DNA of 63,238 nucleotides, counting the filler, from Nemertoderma westbladi (Eukaryota; Animalia; Xenacoelomorpha), in the NCBI GenBank assembly GCA_032718475.1. It is 3 parts of 3 records of this genome, joined end to end, with 100 filler letters (N's around TTAATTAATTAA, not from the genome) between each part and the next. Parts side by side here need not be neighbours in the genome. Positions count along the whole stretch, not along the records: positions 28,565 to 48,574 come from JAUCBJ010005495.1; 2 more parts are not named here. One strand, 5' to 3'. Made by a program: the position numbers and the translations under genes. Below the pieces are notes generated by a model. The model worked only from the letters and a program-made list of their open reading frames with translations, made no database searches and had not been told where the DNA came from. Below are positions 33,190 through 44,529 of this stretch, in pieces. Every line of letters starts with the position of its first letter. Position 1 is the stretch's first letter.

Positions 33190-35380
33190 TTGCCTGGCAT
33201 TCATGCACAGTCTTCCAACCTGAGTCCAATTATCCACTTTGTCCTCGATCCCCTGAGAGCGCGCGAAGCCCCACGGATAACTGCCAGTTGAATCCGGGTT
33301 CTAACCCAAGACATCATGAAGCTAGGGCCACTGGTTAAGTTTCAAGGCAAACGTCCTGAGGAGTTTGTTTGCCATGGGAGGCAAGACTCTCATTGCATGA
33401 TATGACAAATGGTGAGAAGTCACCATGCCGAGACCAGACTGCATCCGAGTAGAGCTGCTTCTTTACATCTTCAGCCGACTCGAGGACAGAGCTTGCGGGG
33501 CAACCCACATACGATCCGGCGTCAAGGTTAACCAACCTGATGTCGATCAACGCCTTGGTGTGTATGTTGAAAACCCCCCAAATGCCCACGTTACAAAGAA
33601 GACCTGAAGCTCCATCATCCCCTTGTTGTTTCCGAACGACTGGCTCACCAGTGACATTTCATGGTCCGAGTGCCATTGCTGCTAGGTTGCCCACAATGTC
33701 CTGGAGCTCATTGTACTGTTGGATAATGAGACCTCCCTTCCTACAGTTTAGGCCATGATTTAAATCAAAGGGGGTTCCACAACAACAGGTGATGAGGAGA
33801 CAAGGGGCAGACCATAGCGGATGGTCAGCGCATCCTGGAACTCTTGTGGGGAAAGGTCAAGGTTATTCTCAGCACAAGGGAGACAGGAAACCCAACCACT
33901 GGCTGCACCTCTTTGAACTCGGTTTCCTCCCGAGCCAAGTGCTCTACATGCCCTGTTTTGTGAGCCCACTGCAGACAGGCGAGGTTGTCTGCCAATGAGA
34001 ATGTTTCTTCTCCGAGGATTGCCTCACTGAGGTAGCGGGTTCCTGCCCAGGAAGTGTTAAAGGTGGGAGTGGCCTCTATGACTGGATTGTGCAGGCCCAA
34101 CTCACCAGAGCGTGGGAATAGAGCAAACAGTCTGCGTTCCTTTGCAGATATTTCGCCCCCGAGTATTTGCCGAAGGAAACGTTGTATAATAGGATCCTCG
34201 AGGATATGGAACTCGTGGCAGCAGCACTCTTACCTCCAGCTGCCAGTGTGACCAGAGGTAAGGTGGAAGTAAGCCCATTCTCTCAGCAGAGAGCAGGGCA
34301 TGTCTTAAAACCCAGCTTGTGGCTGTTCGACAGTCAGATCTGTCAGTCTATCAATGGCATCAACCCAATCAGCGACCTAGGCCCCCACAAATGCTTGATG
34401 CACAACTTATCTGATGCCTGTGCCAGAAAACCACCAAGGAAGTGGTGAAACATCAATATTGATGGTGTTACCTGAAAATATCTGCTTTGTCTCCTCATGA
34501 CCACATGAGCTGGTGCCACCACGAGGTAGCTCTAAGATGGTTCTGGGAAGTATCCAAGGGCTGTACCTTTCTCCTTCAACCAACGGAACCACTTCAAGAT
34601 ATCTTATAGTTTCCCTGCTGCAGCAGAGTCATCCGCAAACCAGTTATGTTTGGTTTCCACAGACCAGAGCCCCAAAATTAAAGGAATTAAAGGAAAATTA
34701 AAGGATCACCCTGTGTGTCTCCATCCTCGCAGAACAGTATCTCCTTGGTCCCACTTACTATTAGAATGCTGGAATGATTAGAATGGAGCACTGTGTCCAT
34801 AGTTGATGGACGATTTACAATGCCAACACCCTGTTCAGTGAGTTAAAGGCATTGGAAACGTGGAATAGGAAGATTCCCCAGCCATCATTGGCCCACTCAT
34901 GGAAAATATCGGACATAGTGTGGACAGCCACCTTGACTCCCACTGATGTGCTGGCAGTGAGTTGTTCAGTGCCGCATGTCACAGTTACATTGTTGCTGGT
35001 GGCTTATGCCATGGTGCGAGCGAAAATCCTACGGAGGCATTCACCTATCCCGATTGGGCATACACTGGGACATTTAACGACGGTAATGAGCCAACTGGAC
35101 AAGAGAACCCATGTTGACTCTCACATTACAATGGAATGCTGTGAGCAATTCCCACAATACCCTCATGGAGGTGCTCTCGGTGAGCCCCAAATCTAAGCAG
35201 GTAATTCTGACACCATGTGGAATCAGATTCGGCAGGGCTTGCTCCTCCGTGGAGGTGGCAAATAGCAGACTCTATGTGGGCTGCGGATATATCAACATTG
35301 ACATATACTGGAAAGTCGGCGCCTAGGTCCAACAGATACTCAGCAGGGGTGGTGCTGCCGAAGGGTGCTTGCTACGAAGT
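33190..35380 (-). mobile_element. Degraded CRE-clade (restriction-like endonuclease) non-LTR retrotransposon in GCH1 intron 1
   Basis: Fragments GGASP..DS...LLRFGAH, KCPSVCPIGIGECLRRIF (RT start), ASGWV..LP...DLSPQEFQDALTIRYG, CRKGG zinc finger, and DIRLVNLDAGSY...AEDVKKQLY...FSPFVIS (RLE); many stops and frameshifts. Confidence 0.8.
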
Positions 35381-35679
35381 TATTAGTTAGTAAGGTATAA
35401 TTAGGAAGTGATTTCCCCAACTTAGAGCTCATAAATTTGTTGTTTTTAATGTGAATACCATAGGGTGTAATCCATCCAAACCAATATAATTTTCAATTAA
35501 TCTGATCCAAATTTTTTGATGCTACATTATCTAGCAAATATCCCAAAAAATTATATAAACCTAAAAAAAATATGTAGATCACTTTAAATTGTATATTTTT
35601 CCTTATTCATTTCCATATGCACTAGTTGCACCTCATCGAATAGCTCTCTCAAGGTGTGGTTTCGGTAATAGTTCTCTAG

Positions 35680-37375
35680 GGATAGAGCTTGGATTGTGAA
35701 GAAAGATGCCTCCAGAGTGGGATAGAGCACGGATCCTGGAGAAAGATACCTCTACTGTAGAGTTGAGAAGAGCTCGGACGGTGGAGAAAGATACCTCTAG
35801 AGTTGAGAAGAGCTCGGACGGTGGAGAAAGATACCTCTAGAGTTAAGAAGAGCTCGGACGGTGGAGAAAGATACCTCTAGAGTTAGGAAGAGCTCGGAAG
35901 GTGGAGAAAGATACCTCCAGAGTGGGGTAGAGGTCGGACCCTGGAGAAAGATACCTCTAGAGTTGGGAAGAGCTCGGAAGGTGGAGAAAGATACCTCTAG
36001 AGTTAGGAAGAGCTCGGAAGGTGGAGAAAGATACCTCCAGAATTGGGTAGATCTTGGGCAGTGGGGAAAGATACCTCTAGCTAGAGTTGGGAAGAGCTCG
36101 GAAGGTGGAGAAAAATACCTCCAGAATTGGGTAGATCTTGGGCAGTGGAGAAAGATACATCCAGAGTGGGGTAGAGCTCGGAATGTGGAGAAAGATACCT
36201 CCAGAGTGGGGTAGAGTTCGGATGGTGGAGTAAGATACCTCCACAGTTGGGTAGAGCTTGGAAGGTGGAGAAATATACCTCCAGAGTGGGCAGAGCTTGG
36301 ACGGTTTATAAAGATACCTCCGGAGTGGGGTAGAGCTCGGAAGGTGGATAAAGATACCCCCAGTGTGGGGTAGAGCTCGGGAGGTGGAAAAAGATACATC
36401 CACGGTTGGGTAGAGCTCGGAAGGTGGATAAAGATACCTCCAGAGTGGGGTAGAGCTCGGAAGGTGGATAAAGATACCCCCAGTGTGGGGTAGAGCTCGG
36501 GGGGTGGAAAAAGATACATCCACGGTTGGGTAGAGCTCGGAAGGTTGATAAAGATACCTCCAGAGTTGGGTAGAGGTCAGACGGTGGAGAAAGATACCTC
36601 CACTGTGGGGTAGAGCTCGGATGGTGGATAAAAATACCTCCAGAGTTGGGTAGAGCTCGGATGGTGGATAAAGACACCTCCAGAGTTGGGTAGAGCTCGG
36701 AAGGTGGATAAAGATACCTCCGAGTTGGGTAGAGCTCTGGAGGTGGAAAAAGATATATCCACGGTTGGGTAGAGTTTGGAAGGTGGAGAAAGATACCCCC
36801 AGTGTAGGGTAGAGCTCTGGAGGTGGAAAAAGATACATCCACGGTTGGGTAGAGCTTGGAAGGTGGAGAAAAATACCTCCAGAGTTGGGTAGAGCTCGGA
36901 AGGTGGAGAAAAATACCTTCACAGTTGGGTAGAGCTCGGAAGGTGGATAAAGATACCTACAGAGTAGGGTAGAGGTCAGACGGTGGAGAAAGATACCTCC
37001 AGTGTGGGTTAGAGCTCGGAGGGTGGAGAAAGATAGGCCACTTATTCGATATGGGTCACCCAATTTGGAAATTTTACAAACTCACCTATAATAATATAAC
37101 ATATATATAATACATATATATTATATATATATGTATTATACACATCCAGAGTGGGGTAGAGATGGGACAGTGGAGAAAGATACCTCCAGAGTGGGGTAGA
37201 GGTTGGTTGGTGGAGAAAGATAGCTCCAGAGTGGCGCAGAACTTGGATGGTGGATAAAGATACCTCCAGAGTGGCATAGAGTTTGGACAGTGGAGAAAGT
37301 TACCTCCAGAGTGGGGTAAAGCTCGGAAGGTGGAGAAAGATACCTCCACAGTTCGGTAGAGCTTGGAAGGTGGAG
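35680..37375. repeat. 40-bp satellite (GGGTAGAGCTCGGAAGGTGGAGAAAGATACCTCCAGAGTG-like), ~40 diverged copies, interrupted at ~37036-37140
   Basis: 40-bp periodicity with 120-bp three-unit higher-order repeats (e.g. 36321-36440 vs 36441-36560). Confidence 0.92.
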
Positions 37376-37699
37376 CAAGTGAGATTCGGGATTTTCGATG
37401 AAAGAATGAATTTCGATGAATTTCGGATTTGAAGAAAGATTTTTGAAAAAGATATTCCGATTCCACCAGCGGTTTAATTATCAAGATATATAGAATTAAT
37501 GTGATGGGTTCCGAGTTGGCGAAAGATCCCGACCGGTGTGTGTGTGTGTGTGTGTTACGAGTCGAATGGAAAATAAGCGTCACCGCGTCTGTTAGTCTAC
37601 TGAAAGGCTGTCAAGGAAGCTGAAGGCCGAAGGCCGGTCAGATGACCATTTCCAGAGATATAGTAGTTCTTGAGTGATTGTAGGAGATTTGTCTATACC

Positions 37700-39030
37700 C
37701 CCGCTTGGCCTAGCTTTTTAAAGAGTTTCACATAACTCACAATATAAAATGCTGCGGTAAGATCTAAAGTTAACCTATAAATATCGGAACCCTTTTTATT
37801 GAACAAATCACTCAGGCTGTTGACCGTATCAATGTCAGTTCAGTTCTAATTTTTTTCTTGTAGCCCATTTGTTGGTCATTGATTTTGAGATCCAGTGATA
37901 AATGAAGTTCCCGAGACACAAGTAGTTCCCAGACCTTCGCAATCAGCATTACAATAGATATTTGTATATATCTGGTTTTTGTTGATTTATTTCAATGTAA
38001 ATCTTTTAAGGTTGGGATGACCAATGTTTCACCAAGAGCTTTTGGACATGTTCCAGTTGCTATCATTGTATCGAAAGAAAATGCCAGGTAGAGACAAAGT
38101 GTATCAGACAGACCATAAATTAGATATCCCGCCTTCAACATAAAATAGTTGACAGCCTTGTTTCTGTGTAGAGCCATGATTGAATCCTTCACTTGTTCAC
38201 TGGATATAACAGGAATTTTACTACCGTATGATTGATCATCAGTTGTATTTTTGGATTCAAGCACCTCATCGAGATGACCCTGAGGTTCCTTCGCCGATAA
38301 CTGTGTCCTGTAGTGACTGAATAATGAGTCTGTAATCTCAACCGGAATTGTATGTCTCAGTTCAGGGGCCTTGACAGTGTTCCAAAACCTTGGTTTATTA
38401 GATTTGCATGTGGCTGCAAGATCCTGAAGATGTTTGTTCGAAGACCGTTGGACTTGAGAGATAGCCCGCACATATTCGAGACATGCCATTCTATATTCTT
38501 TGTAAAGATCACTGGTATGGTCATTAAATCCTCCATTTTTCTTCCAAGCTAATTTAGCATTATCAAGTTTTTCCTTACTAATTCCCAGTTTGAATTTTTG
38601 CTCTTTGTCAGCTTGCTGTACTCGTTTAGATTTCCTGTAAGTAGCAGGTATGTTCTTGTGATTCTTTGCAGCATTTTCCAAAGTGAAAACAACATGATTG
38701 AAAACGGCATCTGCATCCTCTGAGTTAGTAGTTAGAATGCGGTCTGGAAGCGGTCTCTCCAGTAGGTTATCTTTTATACTGTTGCGGTAGTTTGAAAGCT
38801 GCATTTCTGTAGCCCTTCCAAAATGGAAATTTGGAAACTTTGATTTTGTTTTTGGCATTGCACTCTTCTTCAATTTCTTTTCCTCGCGCAGATCAAGATA
38901 TGTTGAGATAGGGACATGATCTGAAATATTTGAAGAATCCCTTGTATACACTTGACTACTTATTAAGTTTTTTTGCAAGGATAATGATATTAGAATGTGG
39001 CCAATATTAGAATGGTGTCGTGTCATTACT
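37700..39030 (-). mobile_element. Degraded APE-type LINE ORF2 fragment (end of endonuclease to start of RT)
   Basis: ISDHVPI, KPRFWN, EQVKDSIMALHRNKA, LVIPTLK motifs in ORF 37992..39026. Confidence 0.7.
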
Positions 39031-39854
39031 TATGAGATAAACAAAATGTTCCAGAATGTTATGCATTTATTAAATAGAATAAATGGCCTGCTGTGGAAGC
39101 AAATACATGCGAAATTCGAATGCCCATATCTCAGCTATTTCCTAACTTGCATAGCCAGCTTTCCACTAGTACAGTCTACACAAATCACTATAAGGTTGAA
39201 GAATAACTGCGGTGTATCTGGTGAATTAGCGACGGAGACACGGTTTTTAAATGATTGTAACTACAGAACGAAAGCAAAAATAAAAATTCTGGCTCACCCA
39301 GCAAGGAGGATGGAGATGAAACTATCTCTATTTCAAATTTCATGCAATCTCATTAAGATTTGTAAACAAATTTGGGGAGGGGCCATGTACCCGAATAACG
39401 ACACTATATTCCAGGACATGGTGTACTAATACTGTATGACGCGGTACTTCGGGTCATGTTGTCAATTTTTATTGATTAAGAGGTAAAATTTAATGACGCA
39501 CGTGTTCGTATATATTTATTAATTTATTATTATATATTTATTGTCAGTTGTTATTTGCTCTAAAATATTTTTAATGTAGTCCTATCCATGAATTTTATTG
39601 AATTGCTATATTTTTGGACATATGTTCTTGTGAAGCTATAACTTTTTGTACATTACATACCTTGTTATCAAAATTACTTTCTTCTTTAACTTTCATTCTT
39701 GAATCTGAATTTGTCATTTTTTCCTAGAAAACAATAACAAATCAATAATAATAAATCAATCGATTATTATATATCGTAGTAAACATATATTATGATCCAG
39801 AAACTAGTATAATTAATCGCCTTTTTGATATAATTATTTAATTAACCTTTTGGA

Positions 39855-40465
39855 ACACGTTCGTGGGGACTTCGCGCAGCACGTAGTCGGCAAGCCTTGG
39901 CATACGGTTCATATAGAGCAAATGGGGCATGTCTAGTTTGGACCCCATATCCCATGCTATAAATGTATTCATTCGATATACAATCATATGTTAATCCGCT
40001 AGGTGGTGTCAAATTGTTATTCTGCAATTTCGTACTTACCAGTGCAGCACTGTACAGCAGTACCGTACCGGTAGGCCTATGTCATTACTTCTGAGTCTCT
40101 AGCGGATCCCCAATTAAATGTCTTAACTTTTCAATTTCGTAAAAGATAGACTTCATGATTCTCTACAGGCCACCAAAATTTCAGCTCAGAAAAATGAGGC
40201 CTTCCCGAGAAATTTAACATTTTCTAAAAACCACATAATCTGTCGTAGCTGACGTCAGACTGCATGATTTTTCACCAAACTTTACAAACTTTCTAAACTT
40301 TCTCTCTACTACTTACCTACAAAGTTTGGTTCAATTCCGAACCAGCGATGCCGAGAAATTCGCGTTCAAACATTTACCAGACAGACAGACAGACAGACGG
40401 ACATGCCCCATTTGCCCTATATGAACCGTATGCCAAGGCTCGCCGACTACGTGTCTCGCCCCACA
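39855..40465. mobile_element. HINE/DINE-1-like non-autonomous element, copy 1
   Basis: Near-identical to 42974-43588 and 54482-55104; ~54-bp subterminal inverted repeats, GTCY-type microsatellite, no TSD. Confidence 0.75.
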
Positions 40466-41035
40466 TCATTTCACTCACAAAGTAGCTTCTATATTAGCTA
40501 GTTTTATTTAATTACTTTTAATTATTAATAATTTATTTAATTACATTACTGTAAATTGTACCTCACTATGTATAAATGTACCTCATAACTTTATTACGTT
40601 AAACTTATAATTCAAAGGTTTCAAAAGTTAAGTTATTTATTGTCCTCTTTGTAATCCGCATTTTGTCGATATAGTAAAGGCATAAATATGCCTTTAAGTC
40701 GAGGACAAAAAAAATGTTAGGCTTATTTTTTTTTGTTTAAAATAAATTGTTATTATACAGTATACTATTATTTCCTTCACTTATCTTAAAATAGTGCCGA
40801 GGATAGTGGATTAATCGGGATCCCTATGCGGGGGAAAAATCCCGTTCGGCCAAAATCCATGGCTAAGTAGCGCTATCGCTTACGCTTATGATTAAACACT
40901 TCAGTTAAACAATATGCACTTAATGGTTCAGTTTATTTGGTTATCACTACTTCGAAAGACAGCTTATTTTCCTAATAACCAATTAGTGTTAATTACCACA
41001 TATTTATCAACATAAAAACTACATAAAATAGCAAC

Positions 41036-41568
41036 GTTGTAGGCCTACAGTCATGTACTTCAATACTAACCAGAGTTGTAGGCCTACAGTACCCGTCATG
41101 TACTTCAATACTAACCAGAGTTGTAGGCCTACAGTACCCGTCATGTACTTCAATACTAACCAGAGTTGTAGGCCTACAGTACCCGTCATGTACTTCAATA
41201 CTAACCAGAGTTGTAGGCCTACAGTACCCGGCATGTACTTCAATACTAACCAGAGTTGTAGGCCTACAGTACCCGTCATGTACTTCAATACTAACCAGAG
41301 TTGTAGGCCTACAGTACCCGTCATGTACTTCAATACTAACCAGAGTTGTAGGCCTACAGTACCCGTCATGTACTTCAATACTAACCAGAGTTGTAGGCCT
41401 ACAGTACCCGTCATGTACTTCAATACTAACCAGAGTTGTAGGCCTACAGTACCCGTCATGTACTTCAATACTAACCAGAGTTGTAGGCCTAGAGTACCCG
41501 TCATGTACTTAAATACTAACCAGAGTTGTAGGCCTACAGTACCCGTCATGTACTTCAATACTAACCAG
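41036..41568. repeat. 45-bp tandem array x ~12 starting at the donor of putative GCH1 exon 1
   Basis: Minus-strand unit GTTAGTATTGAAGTACATGACGGGTACTGTAGGCCTACAACTCTG. Confidence 0.95.
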
Positions 41569-41676
41569 GGGATAAATTGAATCGTTAATATTATTCTTGA
41601 ATCCATCTTTAATTCCTTCTAAGTTGTTATTTAGAGCGGCTACAGGTATAATATTCATATAATGTTGGGATGCCAT
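41566..41676 (-). CDS. GCH1: Putative first coding exon of GTP cyclohydrolase I
   Basis: ATG...37 codons (MASQHYMNIIPVAALNNNLEGIKDGFKNNINDSIYPL)|gttagt, phase 0, joins EERIMEAF in frame; this region is poorly conserved, so the link is inferred. Confidence 0.6.
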
Positions 41677-42189
41677 TCTCCTGTTATCTTTGTTATAAAT
41701 AATTAAAAGCTAATATAGCAGAACTACTGTACTCTATCCTATTGTATTAATGGATGTATTGAAGTTTTAATTTGGTGGTTCTATTTTGATAATGTTGATT
41801 CTCTGAAACCTAAAGTACAAAAAAAACTAAAATACAGAAAATGAACTAAATCCTGTGTGAAGGGACCTCCTAGACACGATCGAATTTTCCGCAGACGAGC
41901 CTTCTCAGAAAAAGTCATTGAGCCACAATACCGATAGATAAAACACAGAACTCCGGAATAAATAATGCAGTGCCTTGTGAAGAAGTCAATGTTCTTATGT
42001 TCACAGGCAAGCTTAGAGTTGACAGCAGATGTCCGCCATAAATAATATATGGGCACCATTTGGTATTTTCGTTAATATATTTTGGGGTATATTATACAGT
42101 TCAGCTAGTGGGTATTTGCATAACGATGGACTTATGCATATATTTCCCTTTGGAACTGTGCTTCGAGTACTATTTGTTTTATTTGTTAT

Positions 42190-42623
42190 TTAGAGCAGCA
42201 GTAGTTCCAGTACTCCTCTATGGGAGTCCATGCTGGGCTCTAACTGCTGAGGACACCAAATCTCTGGATGGCACATTCATAAGAATGCTACGCTGGGTTC
42301 ATTGTGTCAAGTACAATGCACACATCTCAAACCAGACACTATATAACATTGGAGGTGTCTCCTTGGTTCCCCCAAGCTTGACACTAGAACAAAGTCGCCT
42401 CCGCTTTGCAGAACATTACTTTCGCCGTGAGGACCAGCCAGTGCATAATCTTGTACTTTGGCAGCCTCATGGAGTGAATAAGCATGGTGGACAGCCCATG
42501 ACTCTCTTGAGACTCATTTTAAAGGACACTGGCCTTGAAGATGCGGATAATCTAGCAAATTTCATGGGTGATAGTGAGTTGTGGCGGCGCAATTTTGTCG
42601 ACAAGCCGGCACAGCATTCTTAA
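42190..42623 (+). mobile_element. RTE-clade LINE 3' fragment
   Basis: VPVLLYGSPCW...LDGTFIRMLR...RLRFAEHYFRR...LVLWQP resembles the RTE ORF2 C-terminus. Confidence 0.8.
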
Positions 42624-42816
42624 AAATGCAGCTGCAATGCAGCATGCCGATCCTAGTAGTAGAAGTACTGTACTATCGAGTACTACAGTAAGGTCACGTG
42701 CCGTGCAATCTATCAAAAGTGAACTACAGTTATAATAACAATGCAAAACAAAATAATACCAGCAGCGGCACAACCAATCCAAATATTTACATAATTATCT
42801 CTCCACTTGGCGCATT

Positions 42817-42852
<36 letters not shown>

Positions 42853-42973
42853 GAAATCTCTCAAAGCTAAGCTAACGTGTGATCTGTCTCCCCCTTCACT
42901 GGCTTACTACCAACCTGCAACAACAGGCTTTATCAAGTTTCCATTCATATTGAATTAACATTTAACATAAATA

Positions 42974-43588
42974 ACACGTTCGTGGGGACTTCGCGCAGCA
43001 CGTAGTCGGCAAGCCTTGGCATACGGTTCATATAGAGCAAATGGGGCATGTCTAGTTTGGACCCAATATCCCATGCTATAAATGTATTCATTCGATATAC
43101 AATCATATGTTAATCCGCTAGGTGGTGTCAAATTGTTATTCTGCAATTTCGTACTTACCAGTGCAGCACTGTACAGCAGTACCATACCGGTAGGCCTATG
43201 TCATTACTTCTGAGTCTCTAGCGGATCCCCAATTAAATGTCTTAACTTTTCAATTTCGTAAAAGATAGACTTCATGATTCTCTACAGGCCACCAAAATTT
43301 CAGCTCAGGAAAATGAGGCCTTCCCGAGAAATTTAACATTTTCTAAAAACCACATAATCTGTCGTAGCTGACGTCAGACTGCATGATTTTTCACCAAACT
43401 TTACAAACTTTCTAAACTTTCTCTCTACTACTTACCTACTAAGTTTGGTTCAATTCCGAACCAGCGATGCAGAGAAATTCGCGTTCAAACATTTACCAGA
43501 CAGACAGACAGACAGACAGGCGGACATGCCCCATTTGCCCTATATGAACCGTATGCCAAGGCTCGCCGACTACGTGTCTCGCCCCACA
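42974..43588. mobile_element. HINE/DINE-1-like element, copy 2
   Basis: Same ends (ACACGTTCG...GCCCCACA) and body as copies 1 and 3. Confidence 0.75.
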
Positions 43589-43608
43589 ATAAAATAACAT
43601 AACAATAC

Positions 43609-43826
43609 GGGGTAGCTCAGTTGGTTGAGCGCTGGGCCTGCAATCTTTTGGTTGTAGGTTCAGCCCCGCCAGGATCCACTCAACCTTTCATCCATTGGGG
43701 TCGATAAATTGAGTACCAGTTAAATTACTGGGAGCAAACAAGCCCCCACCCCTACCATCGAGTAGCAGCTATCGAAAGAGGAGCCTTCGGGTCGCCTCCG
43801 GCCTCGGCCGACTGTTTGCTTTTGCT
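43609..43826 (+). mobile_element. tRNA-derived SINE with Nin/Deu-like core
   Basis: Head GGGGTAGCTCAGTTGGTTGAGCGC...GGTTCAGCCCC; core ACTCAACCTTTCATCCATTGGGGTCGATAAATTGAGTACCAG; tail GGAGCCTTCGGGTCGCC ending TTTGCTTTTGCTT. Confidence 0.75.
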
Positions 43827-44529
43827 TAAAATAAATATCTTAAACAATTAGTAGAACGGGATATGGGGAATGTAGTAGATTGGGCTATGGGATGTCCGCA
43901 TTGCTGATGGCCTCCATGGTAACCTTCCGATGGCGGCTGCGCGGGACTGTACTGAACGGGGTGTACTGTCCGGGAAGATGCTGTTCGGGGGAATAATGTC
44001 CGGTGTCCGGGTGGCGCTGTCTTTTTGTGGCCAGTGTCCGGGTGGCTGCTATCCAACATAGATGCCAAAACTTCTGATAAAATATTCCACAATCAACCCG
44101 CAAAAAACTCAGCTTCGTTAAAGAATCAGGAAAGTTCTGGTACTTGATGAAATCTCTATAAAGTATTGTACATCTAAAATGAAGAGTAAATGACATTGGT
44201 AGTACCAATAGAAACCAATCTTATATATAATACTGAATACCGATATCCGATTGGTTGCCTAAAAGTGCAGCTACTTTCAGATTATTTCCAAGCGAAGATG
44301 TGGAAATACATTATAAAGTATGGATTGTAAGATGAAGTTAAATAGATCATTGTTAAGCCGATCGATTTAAAGGCAAAATAATATAAAAGTGCGAAGTGAA
44401 CTGGTAATGCAATGGTTGTAAAATAGAATTAATATAAAGGGGGTGAAATATATAGGCACCGTACTGCTTATACTGTAGAAAGTACGGTAAAAAAGTATTT
44501 TTCGAAAGTTAACAGTAGACTGAAGTTTC

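Noticed and set aside
35797-37583. Long repetitive ORFs in the 40-bp satellite
   Set aside because: The unit is not a multiple of 3, so the peptides cycle through frames; non-coding.
41019-41606. 195-aa and 175-aa repeat ORFs
   Set aside because: Translations of the 45-bp intronic array.
43609-43680. Functional tRNA gene (also 1161-1233 and 53770-53849)
   Set aside because: Stems are broken and the B box is degenerate or followed by SINE body; SINE heads, not tRNAs.
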